A DNA stretch of 32,000 nucleotides, taken from Acholeplasma laidlawii PG-8A (GTDB lineage Bacteria > Bacillota_I > Bacilli_A > Acholeplasmatales > Acholeplasmataceae). Made by a program: the position numbers and the translations under genes. The notes under the pieces were generated by a model, which was not told where the DNA came from, ran no database searches, and saw only the letters and a program-made list of their open reading frames with translations. The number at the start of each line of letters is the position of its first letter. The first letter of the stretch is position 1. Positions 1-8,262 of this stretch are shown here, in pieces. The stretch is from contig NC_010163.1 of NCBI RefSeq assembly GCF_000018785.1, forward strand, positions 810,001 to 842,000. Reading direction: 5' to 3'.

Positions 1-223
1 CATCTAACAAAGTGAATCCCGTCACTGCCCCATAAATGAAGGCAGTCATCATGATGAATACAAGTACGACGATGTTGGCTGCTAGTTCTGATGCATTATC
101 TTTTATGAATGGAACTAACCAAAGAGAAACTAACACCAATATCAAAGGATATAGCATGAAAAACATATACATTTTATCTCTTAAAATACCTTTTAATTCA
201 TGTAATAATATACGTTTAAACAT
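1..223 (-). CDS. ABC-2 type transporter permease, partial (runs off the left edge)
   Basis: Minus-strand ORF starting ATG at 223: MFKRILLHELKGILRDKMYMFFMLYPLILVLVSLWLVPFIKD..., an ABC-2 permease N-terminus directly downstream of a second permease and an ATPase gene. Confidence 0.75.
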   Translation of the reverse strand, partial: MFKRILLHELKGILRDKMYMFFMLYPLILVLVSLWLVPFIKDNASELAANIVVLVFIMMTAFIYGAVTGFTLLD

Positions 224-225
224 CA

Positions 226-960
226 TTACACCCCACTTTGTTTAACGGCATAGTGTTTGTATTTTGGATATATATAGAAGAAATAACCCAATAGTGTTAG
301 TATAATCAATATTACAAATGATAGAATTGCTTCTAATTTTAAACTAGAAATTAATCCCGATTCAATCATAAATGTTGATGCTTGAGTTGGAGATATTAAT
401 AAGATATATTTCCAAAAGTCTGCCTTAAATAAAATACCAAATTGAAATAATGCGGATGGAATCATAAAGATAAAACTATATAACATCACCATCATTAACA
501 TGGAGGTAAAATCCTTTGCATGGTATGAAAATACAAATCCCAGTAAACTATGGCTAAAAATTGAAATTAGTAAGCCTAGTATTAGAAATATAACATTTAC
601 TTCTATACCTCTAACAAAGTAAAACACTAAAACCACCAAAAGAGATGAAAATAGCATATGAATGGTATTGGCAATCGCTTTGGATAAAATTTGTTCATGA
701 TAAGTCGTTGGTGTGACTAAAATTGTTGAGATTGTTTGTTCCGATTTCTCAAAAAACATGATTGAACCAATAAAAAGTACACTCATCATCGTCGCGTCTA
801 CCATTAAGATAAAAGGCAACATTTTATTTAAGATGGCGTCATCTTCAATGAAAAATAAAACTAGAAACCATATGAAAGCAACCAAAATACTGATGGTGGT
901 TACTTTATACTTATTGAGTCTAATCAACTCACCTTTGGTTAGAAATAATAATCTACGCAT
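226..960 (-). CDS. ABC-2 type transporter permease (244 aa)
   Basis: Multiple hydrophobic TM segments; overlaps the ATPase ORF by 8 bp in the same operon. Confidence 0.8.
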   Translation of the reverse strand: MRRLLFLTKGELIRLNKYKVTTISILVAFIWFLVLFFIEDDAILNKMLPFILMVDATMMSVLFIGSIMFFEKSEQTISTILVTPTTYHEQILSKAIANTIHMLFSSLLVVLVFYFVRGIEVNVIFLILGLLISIFSHSLLGFVFSYHAKDFTSMLMMVMLYSFIFMIPSALFQFGILFKADFWKYILLISPTQASTFMIESGLISSLKLEAILSFVILIILTLLGYFFYIYPKYKHYAVKQSGV

Positions 961-1810
961 GATTGAGTCCTACACCAGTGACCTTGATGAAAATTTCTTC
1001 CAGGGTGGTTTCACCTGTATGAATAGTCTCTATTTTCTTTTCTTTTAAAAGCTTGAAAAAAGTACCATTCTCATTTAATCCATCCATATCAAAGATTTGT
1101 GATGCGGTATGATTATTTTCATTATATTCAACTTTAATGGTTCTTTTACCATATTTTATTTTTAAGTTTCTTGGGCTATCTATTTCTTTTATTTGTCCAT
1201 CCACAATAAACGCAACCCGATCACAGAGTTGATCGATATCAGCCATGATATGTGATGTGACAAAAACAGTCCCACCTTGTTTTTGATATGCTTTAATGAG
1301 ATTCTTTAAAATCATAGCATTCGCCGGGTCTAAACCATTTGTCGGTTCATCTAGAAATAGCATTTTAGGATTATTTAACATCGCTCTGACGAAATTTAAC
1401 CTAATTTTCATGCCTTTTGAAAATTCACCAACCATCTTGTTTCGATCTTCCCATAAACCAACACTTTTCATCAAGTCTTCAATATCAGCGTGGTTTTTAT
1501 ATAGTTTTAAGAAAAATTCGATGTTTTCCATTGCGGTTAGTTTTGAAAAGTGAATTGGCATTTCGAACGATACCCCAATATCTTCATAAAATGATTCATT
1601 TAATTCACTTAAACTTTTAGAATCATAATAAATACTACCTTGATAGCGATCTAAAAGTTTAATTAAGATCTTTTGTGTTGTGCTCTTCCCTGCGCCAGAT
1701 GGTCCTAAAAACCCGAAAATTTCACCTTTTTTGATTTCAAAGCTGATACCTTTAATGGTTTCTACATGATTCTTTGGATATGTAAATCTTAAGTCTCTTA
1801 CACTAAACAT
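953..1810 (-). CDS. ABC transporter ATP-binding protein
   Basis: Walker A GPSGAGKST, degenerate signature FSKGMKIRLNFVRAM, Walker B MLFLDEPTNGLDP, H-switch TSH. Confidence 0.95.
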   Translation of the reverse strand: MFSVRDLRFTYPKNHVETIKGISFEIKKGEIFGFLGPSGAGKSTTQKILIKLLDRYQGSIYYDSKSLSELNESFYEDIGVSFEMPIHFSKLTAMENIEFFLKLYKNHADIEDLMKSVGLWEDRNKMVGEFSKGMKIRLNFVRAMLNNPKMLFLDEPTNGLDPANAMILKNLIKAYQKQGGTVFVTSHIMADIDQLCDRVAFIVDGQIKEIDSPRNLKIKYGKRTIKVEYNENNHTASQIFDMDGLNENGTFFKLLKEKKIETIHTGETTLEEIFIKVTGVGLNHA

Positions 1811-2419
1811 GATTTAATATTCCTTTCTTGAATATATCTAATACTGCTTTTATGCTTAGAACCCATTCAGTCTCATCTAATTTGTGGTAAATGAATGAAT
1901 CAATGGTTACCTTGTTTAAAAAATCCATGATTATCTTAGCAAGGATTTTTGAGTTGATATCAGCCCTAATTAAGCCCTTTTCTTGGTCTTTTAGAATCCA
2001 AGACTCATAAATGCCTAAGATTTGCTCAAACCCCTGTTTGACGGCTTCGCTATCTTGATATAAAGGTGATGACATCATAAACTCACCTGCTTTGACAAAT
2101 TTCGGATAGTCTCTTTTGAAATTAAGACCTGCTAAGTATAATGCTTCTACTCTTTCGATAAATGATTGTGTATGATTTGCGAAGATGTCTTTAAAATAAA
2201 TCATCTTGATTTGTCCAATATACGTCATGAAATACTGATACATGTCGTCTTTATCCTTAAAATATTGATAAAAAGACCCTCTTGGAATTGAAGCATCTTT
2301 GATGATGTTTTGAATGTTGATGTTATCATAAGTTTGCTCTTGATAACTCATCAGTAATGGCTTCAATGTAGTTTCTCTTTTTTAGGTGTTTTGAGATTGT
2401 GAAATGTCTGAGTTGGCAT
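1803..2419 (-). pseudogene. TetR/AcrR-family regulator, apparently frameshifted at the N-terminus (track ORF 1803..2366 begins at a TTG)
   Basis: HTH segment NIQNIIKDASIPRGSFYQYFKDKDDMYQYF is intact. Upstream, AGGAGG plus ATG at 2419 opens MPTQTFHNLKTPKKEKLH*, and a second frame gives EAITDELSRAN. Removing one extra T at each of two sites joins them as ...KKEKLHEAITDELSRANYDNINIQNI..., a canonical TetR N-terminus. Confidence 0.75.
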
Positions 2420-2433
2420 AGTTCCTCCTGTTA

Positions 2434-2483
2434 TGACAAGGTTGTCACATTTATAGAATACACTTAACCTTTTTCCTTGTCAA
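2434..2483 (-). promoter_or_regulatory. Promoter and putative operator for the TetR/ABC operon
   Basis: Minus strand TTGACA (2483-2478), 17-bp spacer, TATTCT (2460-2455), then palindrome TGACAACCTTGTCA (2447-2434) and an AGGAGG RBS at 2429-2424. Confidence 0.75.
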
Positions 2484-2742
2484 GCAAAAAAACTGATATG
2501 TAGTGATAAAAGTTGATGACTTATCTTTTTTCCAAAATATCAATTATACCTTTGTCATCCATAAACGTTTTTATAATCTCTGTTTTTAATTGATTTTGTT
2601 ATTTTAATATATAAATCATTCATCTTTTAAAAATTCAGATAGTTTTTTAGAACAAATGCCTCCTGTATAAAAGGTTATAATCCGGCAAATACAGAATAAA
2701 AAAATCAATAGAACTAATAAAAGATTAATCAAGTTGCTATAG

Positions 2743-2919
2743 GAACATTACAATGGTTATGATTTATACAATCTATATCCTGAAGTGACTGACAATAAAA
2801 AACAAGTGGATTTAGAAGGCAGTAAAAATTTAGATTTCTTAGATAAGCTAATAGAGCAAATTGCAAAGGACACAAGAGATGAAATTTTGATCTTTGGAAG
2901 GACAAAGATAATACCATAA
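2743..2919 (+). other. Start-less ORF remnant (58 aa), possible gene fragment
   Basis: Open frame after a TAG: EHYNGYDLYNLYPEVTDNKKQVDLEGSKNLDFLDKLIEQIAKDTRDEILIFGRTKIIP*, with protein-like composition but no start codon or RBS. Confidence 0.3.
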
Positions 2920-3025
2920 ACATTTGAAAAATTTTGTTAAGAAATCCTAAATCAAATAGTATTAATAAGTATTTAAGGGTGCGATGTTTTTTACGGGCTA
3001 CTAAATTCTAAAAATAGTTGACCTA

Positions 3026-3065
3026 ACACATATTAACAAAACAGTGTTGATACAATTGTATCGAC
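3026..3065 (+). repeat. Left copy of a 40-bp inverted repeat
   Basis: acacatattaacaaaacagtgttgatacaattgtatcgac; matches the reverse complement of 5534-5573 at 38/40 positions. Confidence 0.9.
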
Positions 3066-3151
3066 CTAATAGAATATGAAAGTAAGAAGAATTTGCCTCC
3101 ATTCATTTCATTTTACAATGATTTGAATAGAAGCATTCTTTTTTTATTGTG

Positions 3152-3178
3152 TCCCACTATATTGGGTCAGTTCCATGC
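3152..3178 (-). mobile_element. Relic of an IS3-family (IS150-like) terminal inverted repeat
   Basis: Minus strand TGGAACTGACCCAATATAGTGGGACAC resembles the TG...TGACCC...GGACA end typical of IS3/IS150 elements; no cognate transposase alongside. Confidence 0.4.
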
Positions 3179-3254
3179 GACTAGTAATAGTCGTATTTTT
3201 TTATATCTAAAATAAATAAAAAAGAAGTCACCTTAAATGACTTCTTCATATATA

Positions 3255-4430
3255 TCAATCAACGATTTCAAAACCTCTAAACCTAGCAATATGCTTAACA
3301 TCTTTATCGCCACGACCAGATAAGTTAACAACAATAATCTGATCCTTTGGTAAAGTTTTTGCAAGCGATATTGCATAGGCTAGAGCATGAGAGGATTCTA
3401 TTGCAGGTATGATACCTTCTATAAGTGTTAAATACTCAAATGCTTGTACAGCTTCTTCATCTGTTGCACCAAAGTAAGTAACACGTTTAATTTCATCTAA
3501 ATATGCATGTTCTGGACCAACACCAGGGTAGTCAAGTCCGGCAGAAATCGAGTATACTGGTGAAATTTCACCTTTATCATCCAATAAAACTTTAGTCTTC
3601 ATTCCATGAATAACCCCAGTTTGACCAAGTGTCATCGTAGCAGCATGTAAATTTGTATCTAAACCTTTACCTAACGCTTCAACGCCAATAAGTTTTACAG
3701 TAGGATCCGGAATAAAATCAAAGAATGCACCAATTGCATTAGACCCGCCACCAACACAAGCAATGACATAATCTGGTAGTCTATTTTCTAATTTTAGTAT
3801 TTGTTCTTTAATCTCAATACCAATAACTTTTTGGAAATCACGAACCATCATCGGATATGGATGTGGTCCAACTGCTGAACCAATTAAGTAAAACATTGAT
3901 TCATGTTCAGTACTCCATTTTATTAAAGCACTATCAACAGCTTCTTTAAGTGTTCTTAATCCTTCTTGAACACTAACTACAGTTGCACCTAAAAGTTGCA
4001 TCTTATAAACATTAAGTGCTTGTTTTTCAACATCTACTGCACCCATATGAATTTCACATTCTAAACCAAGTAGTGCTGCTACAGTTGCAGTGGCTACACC
4101 ATGTTGTCCAGCACCTGTTTCTGCAATCAACTTCTTTTTACCCATACGTTTAGCAAGTAACGCTTGCCCAATGACATTATTAATTTTGTGAGAACCTGTA
4201 TGATTTAAGTCTTCACGTTTTAAATATACTTTTGCACCACCAAGACATTCTGTTAAGCGTTTAGCAAAATACAAATTAGAAGGTCTACCAGCATATGTAT
4301 TGAGTAAGTCTTTAAATTCTTCAATAAATGCAGGATCATCCTTGAATTTATTATATGCATCCTCTACTTCTTTAATTGCGGTAAGTAAGTACGGTGGTAA
4401 GTATGCCCCACCAAATTGTCCAAATTCCAT
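3255..4430 (-). CDS. trpB: Tryptophan synthase beta chain
   Basis: [80 protein letters not shown]. Confidence 0.97.
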   Translation of the reverse strand: MEFGQFGGAYLPPYLLTAIKEVEDAYNKFKDDPAFIEEFKDLLNTYAGRPSNLYFAKRLTECLGGAKVYLKREDLNHTGSHKINNVIGQALLAKRMGKKKLIAETGAGQHGVATATVAALLGLECEIHMGAVDVEKQALNVYKMQLLGATVVSVQEGLRTLKEAVDSALIKWSTEHESMFYLIGSAVGPHPYPMMVRDFQKVIGIEIKEQILKLENRLPDYVIACVGGGSNAIGAFFDFIPDPTVKLIGVEALGKGLDTNLHAATMTLGQTGVIHGMKTKVLLDDKGEISPVYSISAGLDYPGVGPEHAYLDEIKRVTYFGATDEEAVQAFEYLTLIEGIIPAIESSHALAYAISLAKTLPKDQIIVVNLSGRGDKDVKHIARFRGFEIVD

Positions 4431-4473
4431 TTTCTTTCTCCTTTAGTATTATTAATATCTAGATAAAATAAAA

Positions 4474-4500
4474 ACCCCTACATGGTTATCCATGTAAGGG
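4474..4500 (-). terminator. T-box intrinsic terminator
   Basis: cccctacatgg-ttat-ccatgtaaggg stem (10/11 pairing) followed by a U-run in the transcript direction. Confidence 0.85.
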
Positions 4501-4765
4501 ACGAATATATCGTGGTGCCACCCTGATTTAGAAATCTAAAAAGATTTCCCTCTTTCACATACGCTAACATTGAAGTTATTAATATGTTAACCCCTATAAC
4601 GTGGGGTATATCGTCATTCGCTACTTACTTTACGTCATTTCACAAATGCTTCTCAGCAATCCCATTCACAAGGTTTCATTTATACCTACCTTTCACCTTT
4701 GGTAAGCTCGCTTATCATAAAGAAATGACTTGTTACTATTTTGCATCTTCGAATTTATCTCATTA
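4474..4765 (-). promoter_or_regulatory. T-box leader, tRNA-Trp specific
   Basis: T-box AGGGTGGCACCACG at 4524-4511 followed by the terminator; specifier region GTGAA-UGG-GAU with UGG at 4664-4662; gene downstream is trpB. Confidence 0.92.
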
Positions 4766-4840
4766 TAAGACAAATAAATACTAATTGCAACCCTAAAGTT
4801 AAAAAAAGAACCAATAAGTATTTATTGATTCTCAGACCGT

Positions 4841-4886
4841 TGAAAAAGTATTTTACTCAGATGGTTATTGGGTAAAGTACTTTTTT
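4841..4886. terminator. Probable (bidirectional) terminator hairpin
   Basis: aaaaagtattttactcagatggttattgggtaaagtacttttttt: long stem flanked by A-run and T-run. Confidence 0.55.
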
Positions 4887-5083
4887 TCTTTCTATTGTAT
4901 AATATTTGTTTGAAGATTGAGTTTGGTCCTTGCGGCGTCGATTGCTAATAACGGTATGACATTGAGATCACTTAATAGACCTACATCTGTTTTGGAATCT
5001 TCCTTTTTAATTTTCCTTGATTAATATTCATAATTACTATATAAAATGTATATAGTAAAACTTATTTATAGGGGTATAAGTAT

Positions 5084-5497
5084 ATGTTTATGAATGAAGA
5101 TAGATTAAAGGATGAATTTATTCTTTCAACTTTAAATGATTTTGTTCCTGAAGAACACTTAGTTAGAAATATAACTAAATGGGTCGATTTTTCTTTTATC
5201 TATGACTTAACCAAACCTTATTATTCAGATAAAGGTCGTCCTGCCATCGATCCTCTTGTCCTTTTTAAAATTCCTATTATTAAAAGTTTGTTTGGTATTT
5301 CATCTATTCAAAGAACTTGTGAGGAAATTCATGTCAATGTGGCTTATCGTTGGTTTATTAATTTGCCATTCTCTGAAAAAATACCTGACCATTCAACTTA
5401 CTCTAAAAATTATACGCAGCGCTTTTATCAAACAGATATTTATCATCAAATTTTTACGAACGTTCTGAATCAAATTATCAAACTGCTCTGCTACTAA
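5084..5497 (+). pseudogene. Truncated transposase, IS1182/DUF772-type N-terminal domain
   Basis: DFSFIYDLTKPYYSDKGRPAIDPLVLFKIPIIKSLFGISSIQRTCEEIHVNVAYRWFINLPFSEKIPDHSTYSK; stops at 137 aa, before the expected DDE catalytic core. Confidence 0.85.
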
Positions 5498-5533
5498 AAA
5501 AGGGATTATCTCCCTATTTTCCTATTCTTTAAA

Positions 5534-5573
5534 GTCGATACAATTGTATCAACACTGTTATGCTAATATGTGT
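5534..5573 (-). repeat. Right copy of the 40-bp inverted repeat
   Basis: gtcgatacaattgtatcaacactgttatgctaatatgtgt; reverse complement matches 3026-3065 at 38/40. Confidence 0.9.
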
Positions 5574-5596
5574 GATGCTACCTATTTTAATACAAA

Positions 5597-5665
5597 TTAG
5601 CACCCCATGAATTTTTTTAGCACCCTTTGCCTAATTTTAGCACCCCTACTGAAAAGTTGCGCACT
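5597..5665 (-). repeat. Three TTAGCACCC motifs at exact 20-bp spacing; possible end of an IS21-type element
   Basis: ttagcaccc at 5597, 5617 and 5637, then a divergent ttgcgcac. Minus strand reads TGCGCAACTTTTCAGTAGGGGTGCTAAAATTAGGCAAAGGGTGCTAAAAAAATTCATGGGGTGCTAA. Confidence 0.5.
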
Positions 5666-5734
5666 CCCTATGAAGTATATTATTCAAGTTAAGACATTAT
5701 TACTTAAAATGCCCACTATATTGATATGAAGCAG

Positions 5735-5885
5735 CCTTTACGATCATATTTGTAGAGTCTAGAAATTATCAAAGTTCATATTGTAGTAGTTGATTAACAG
5801 CACTTTCTACATGAAATCTGAAAATTTCCTTAATATCTTTACCTTCGACTAGCGTTTTTAAGATTTCTAATGTAAAATTATTCAT
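5735..5885 (-). pseudogene. IS256-family (mutator-type) transposase N-terminal remnant
   Basis: ORF 5769..5885 MNNFTLEILKTLVEGKDIKEIFRFHVESAVNQLLQYEL*, preceded by GGAG. YKYDRKGC continues in another frame just beyond the stop. Confidence 0.75.
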
Positions 5886-6132
5886 GAGGGATCTCCTTTG
5901 TATATTGGTTTTAGACAACTCTATTATACTGAAGTGAGATTCCTTTTTTAATTATATTCAGATTTTCATTTACACAAAATATTTTACACTATGATTTCTA
6001 AACTGTACGTCTTTCAAAATAATGATTTTCAGCTATCTTTGCATAACTTAATTCCTTTAATTTAACATCCAGTTTAAAATTAAATTATTTATAAACACGT
6101 TATATTGCTTCCAATCCATATTACTTATTGTA

Positions 6133-7767
6133 TCATCCTGCACAACAAGATAATTTTGAAACATCTTTATCAAACGCTAGTGCTGCTAATTTTAACCCCT
6201 CGGCCATTGTTAAATATGGAGCAAGACTATCTATAAGATTTTCAATAGTAAGTCCATGTTTTACCGCTAGTAATGCTGCATAAATAACATCTCCTGCATT
6301 TTCAGATACAATATGTGCACCTAGTATTCTATGTGTTCTTGTATCTGCAACCAACTTAAATATGCCGGTTGTTTCACGATTTACTATTGCTCTGGGGACT
6401 AAATTTAAATTGATTACAGAAGTTTTTACTTCATAGCCTATATTTTTAGCTTCTTTCTCTGTTAATCCAACGGTTGCAATTGCTGGGTTTGTAAAAGTAA
6501 CTGCAGGTACAGTCGATAAATCGATTTTTTTATTTAATCCGCCTATAGCATTGTCTGCAACAATTCCACCTTCATATGCTGCCACATAGACAAATTGTGG
6601 TCCTAAAGTAACATCTCCAGCTGCATAGATTTTATTGTTACTCGTTCTTCCATAATCATCTATTATAATTTCATTGCTTTCTCCTACATTAACGTCTGCA
6701 GCACTTAAATTTAAAGTGTCTGTATTAGGTTTTCTTCCTGTTGCAATCAATAATTGTTCTGATTCAATAATCTCATTTTTACCATCAACTGTAATATAAA
6801 CCTTTTTGATATCACCAATTTGTTCTATTCGTTCGTAAGCTACACCTTTAATAAGTTCTATACCTTGTTCAATCAATGATTTTTCGACAGTATCTGAAAT
6901 TTCAGGATCATAGTCTTTCAGAAGTTGTTTTCCCCTTTGGATAATCGTGACTTTTGAACCTAAATTATGAAAAAGTTGCCCCAGTTCTAATCCAATATAT
7001 CCTGATCCAATCACTGTTAATCGTCTTGGTGTTTCTTTTAAATCAAGTAATGTTGTGCTTGTTAAATAATCAACAAATTCAAGTCCATGAATTTTAGGTA
7101 TATAAGACGATGCTCCAGTAGCAATTAAATAATTTTTTGCAATATATCTATTATCATTAACTTCAATTGTTGTTTTATTAATAAATCTCGCTTCACCTTT
7201 AACTAAATCAATACCGTATTCATCGATTAAATTTATATATTTCTGACTACGAAGCTCATTGACTAATTCATCTTTTTGTTTTACTAAAGTTGCTAAATCC
7301 ACTTTTTGAGCATTTGTTTTTAAGCCAATGAATGGATTAGACTTTGCTGCTTGATTGATTTCTCCTGCTCTAAGAAGCGTTTTTGATGGAATGCAACCTA
7401 CATTTACACAAGTCCCTCCAACTTCCCCACGTTCAACAATAGCAACTGTTGCACCGTATTCTATTGCTTTAATTGCCGCAGAAAAAGCAGCAGCCCCAGA
7501 TCCAATTATAATAAGATCATAAATCTTATCCTCACTATCGTTTTTATTAAAGGATACTTCTTCTATCATTCCAGCTTGATACTTAATATTATTTATCGCA
7601 ATTTTTGAAAGTTCGACATCAGTATCTTTTGGAAGTTCAAATATTGCTTCTCCATTGTGAAAACTTGCTTTAACATTTATTGCACCTATTTTTTCAAGTG
7701 CTTCCACTATGTGACCCTCGCAACCTTTACAAGTCATCCCTTGTATTTTCATCTTAAGTTTTTTCAT
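6133..7767 (-). CDS. merA: Mercury(II) reductase (HMA + pyridine nucleotide-disulfide oxidoreductase)
   Basis: N-terminal HMA motif GMTCKGC, FAD motif [12 protein letters not shown], redox [14 protein letters not shown]-terminal vicinal cysteines ...LSCCAG. Confidence 0.93.
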   Translation of the reverse strand: MKKLKMKIQGMTCKGCEGHIVEALEKIGAINVKASFHNGEAIFELPKDTDVELSKIAINNIKYQAGMIEEVSFNKNDSEDKIYDLIIIGSGAAAFSAAIKAIEYGATVAIVERGEVGGTCVNVGCIPSKTLLRAGEINQAAKSNPFIGLKTNAQKVDLATLVKQKDELVNELRSQKYINLIDEYGIDLVKGEARFINKTTIEVNDNRYIAKNYLIATGASSYIPKIHGLEFVDYLTSTTLLDLKETPRRLTVIGSGYIGLELGQLFHNLGSKVTIIQRGKQLLKDYDPEISDTVEKSLIEQGIELIKGVAYERIEQIGDIKKVYITVDGKNEIIESEQLLIATGRKPNTDTLNLSAADVNVGESNEIIIDDYGRTSNNKIYAAGDVTLGPQFVYVAAYEGGIVADNAIGGLNKKIDLSTVPAVTFTNPAIATVGLTEKEAKNIGYEVKTSVINLNLVPRAIVNRETTGIFKLVADTRTHRILGAHIVSENAGDVIYAALLAVKHGLTIENLIDSLAPYLTMAEGLKLAALAFDKDVSKLSCCAG

Positions 7768-7856
7768 AAGTATTTTTTCTCCATTCTAGGATTTACTCCA
7801 TATCATATCCATTTAAATTTTAAATTTATTTATTACTTTTATTCTTGTTTAATATA

Positions 7857-8126
7857 TCAAAAATATGTTATATTTTCTTGTTCTTTTCTCAGTTGATGCT
7901 CATCTGCCGTTTCTGTTTCTGTTAAAACTTCATAGCCAACAGCTTTTACAGCCTTTTTAACATCTTCGATAGAAACTTTATCCATATCATAATCAAAGGT
8001 TAACTTTTCGGTTGTTAAATTGACATTGACATTTGTTATACCATCTAGTTTAGCTGTTGCTTTTTCAACAGATGCTACACAGGATGCACATGTCATACCT
8101 TTAACACTTAAATTTTCATGTTTCAT
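7857..8126 (-). pseudogene. Truncated copper P-type ATPase N-terminus (HMA domain stub)
   Basis: MKHENLSVKGMTCASCVASVEKAT...VGYEVLTETETADEHQLRKEQENITYF*: ends where the first TM region of CopA would start. It could alternatively act as a stand-alone HMA chaperone. Confidence 0.7.
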
Positions 8127-8146
8127 CTAATCACCTTATCTTTCTC

Positions 8147-8201
8147 ATACCCCTATGTAGGGGGTATATATATCTTACAATAGTAACTACCAATTTGTCA
8201 A
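8147..8201 (-). promoter_or_regulatory. Promoter with CsoR-type copper operator
   Basis: Minus strand TTGACA (8201-8196), 18-bp spacer, TAAGAT (8177-8172); operator ATACCCCTATGTAGGGGGTAT at 8147-8167. Confidence 0.7.
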
Positions 8202-8262
8202 GGAGCTGGCATTATAAATATAAAAAAAAGACCTTTATCAGATCTCATCATTTGTAATGCTT

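Noticed and set aside
713-1048. Plus-strand 111-aa ORF
   Set aside because: Antisense shadow of the ABC permease and ATPase genes, with low-complexity translation.
2729-2923. Minus-strand 64-aa ORF
   Set aside because: No RBS or recognisable domain; the opposite-strand remnant frame is at least as protein-like.
4584-4784. Plus-strand 66-aa ORF
   Set aside because: Lies antisense to the trpB T-box leader; its sequence is dictated by conserved RNA structure and has no RBS.
5712-5723. 12-bp direct match cccactatattg with 3156-3167
   Set aside because: Short and AT-rich; flanks do not extend the match, so it cannot be claimed as a target duplication or shared IS end.
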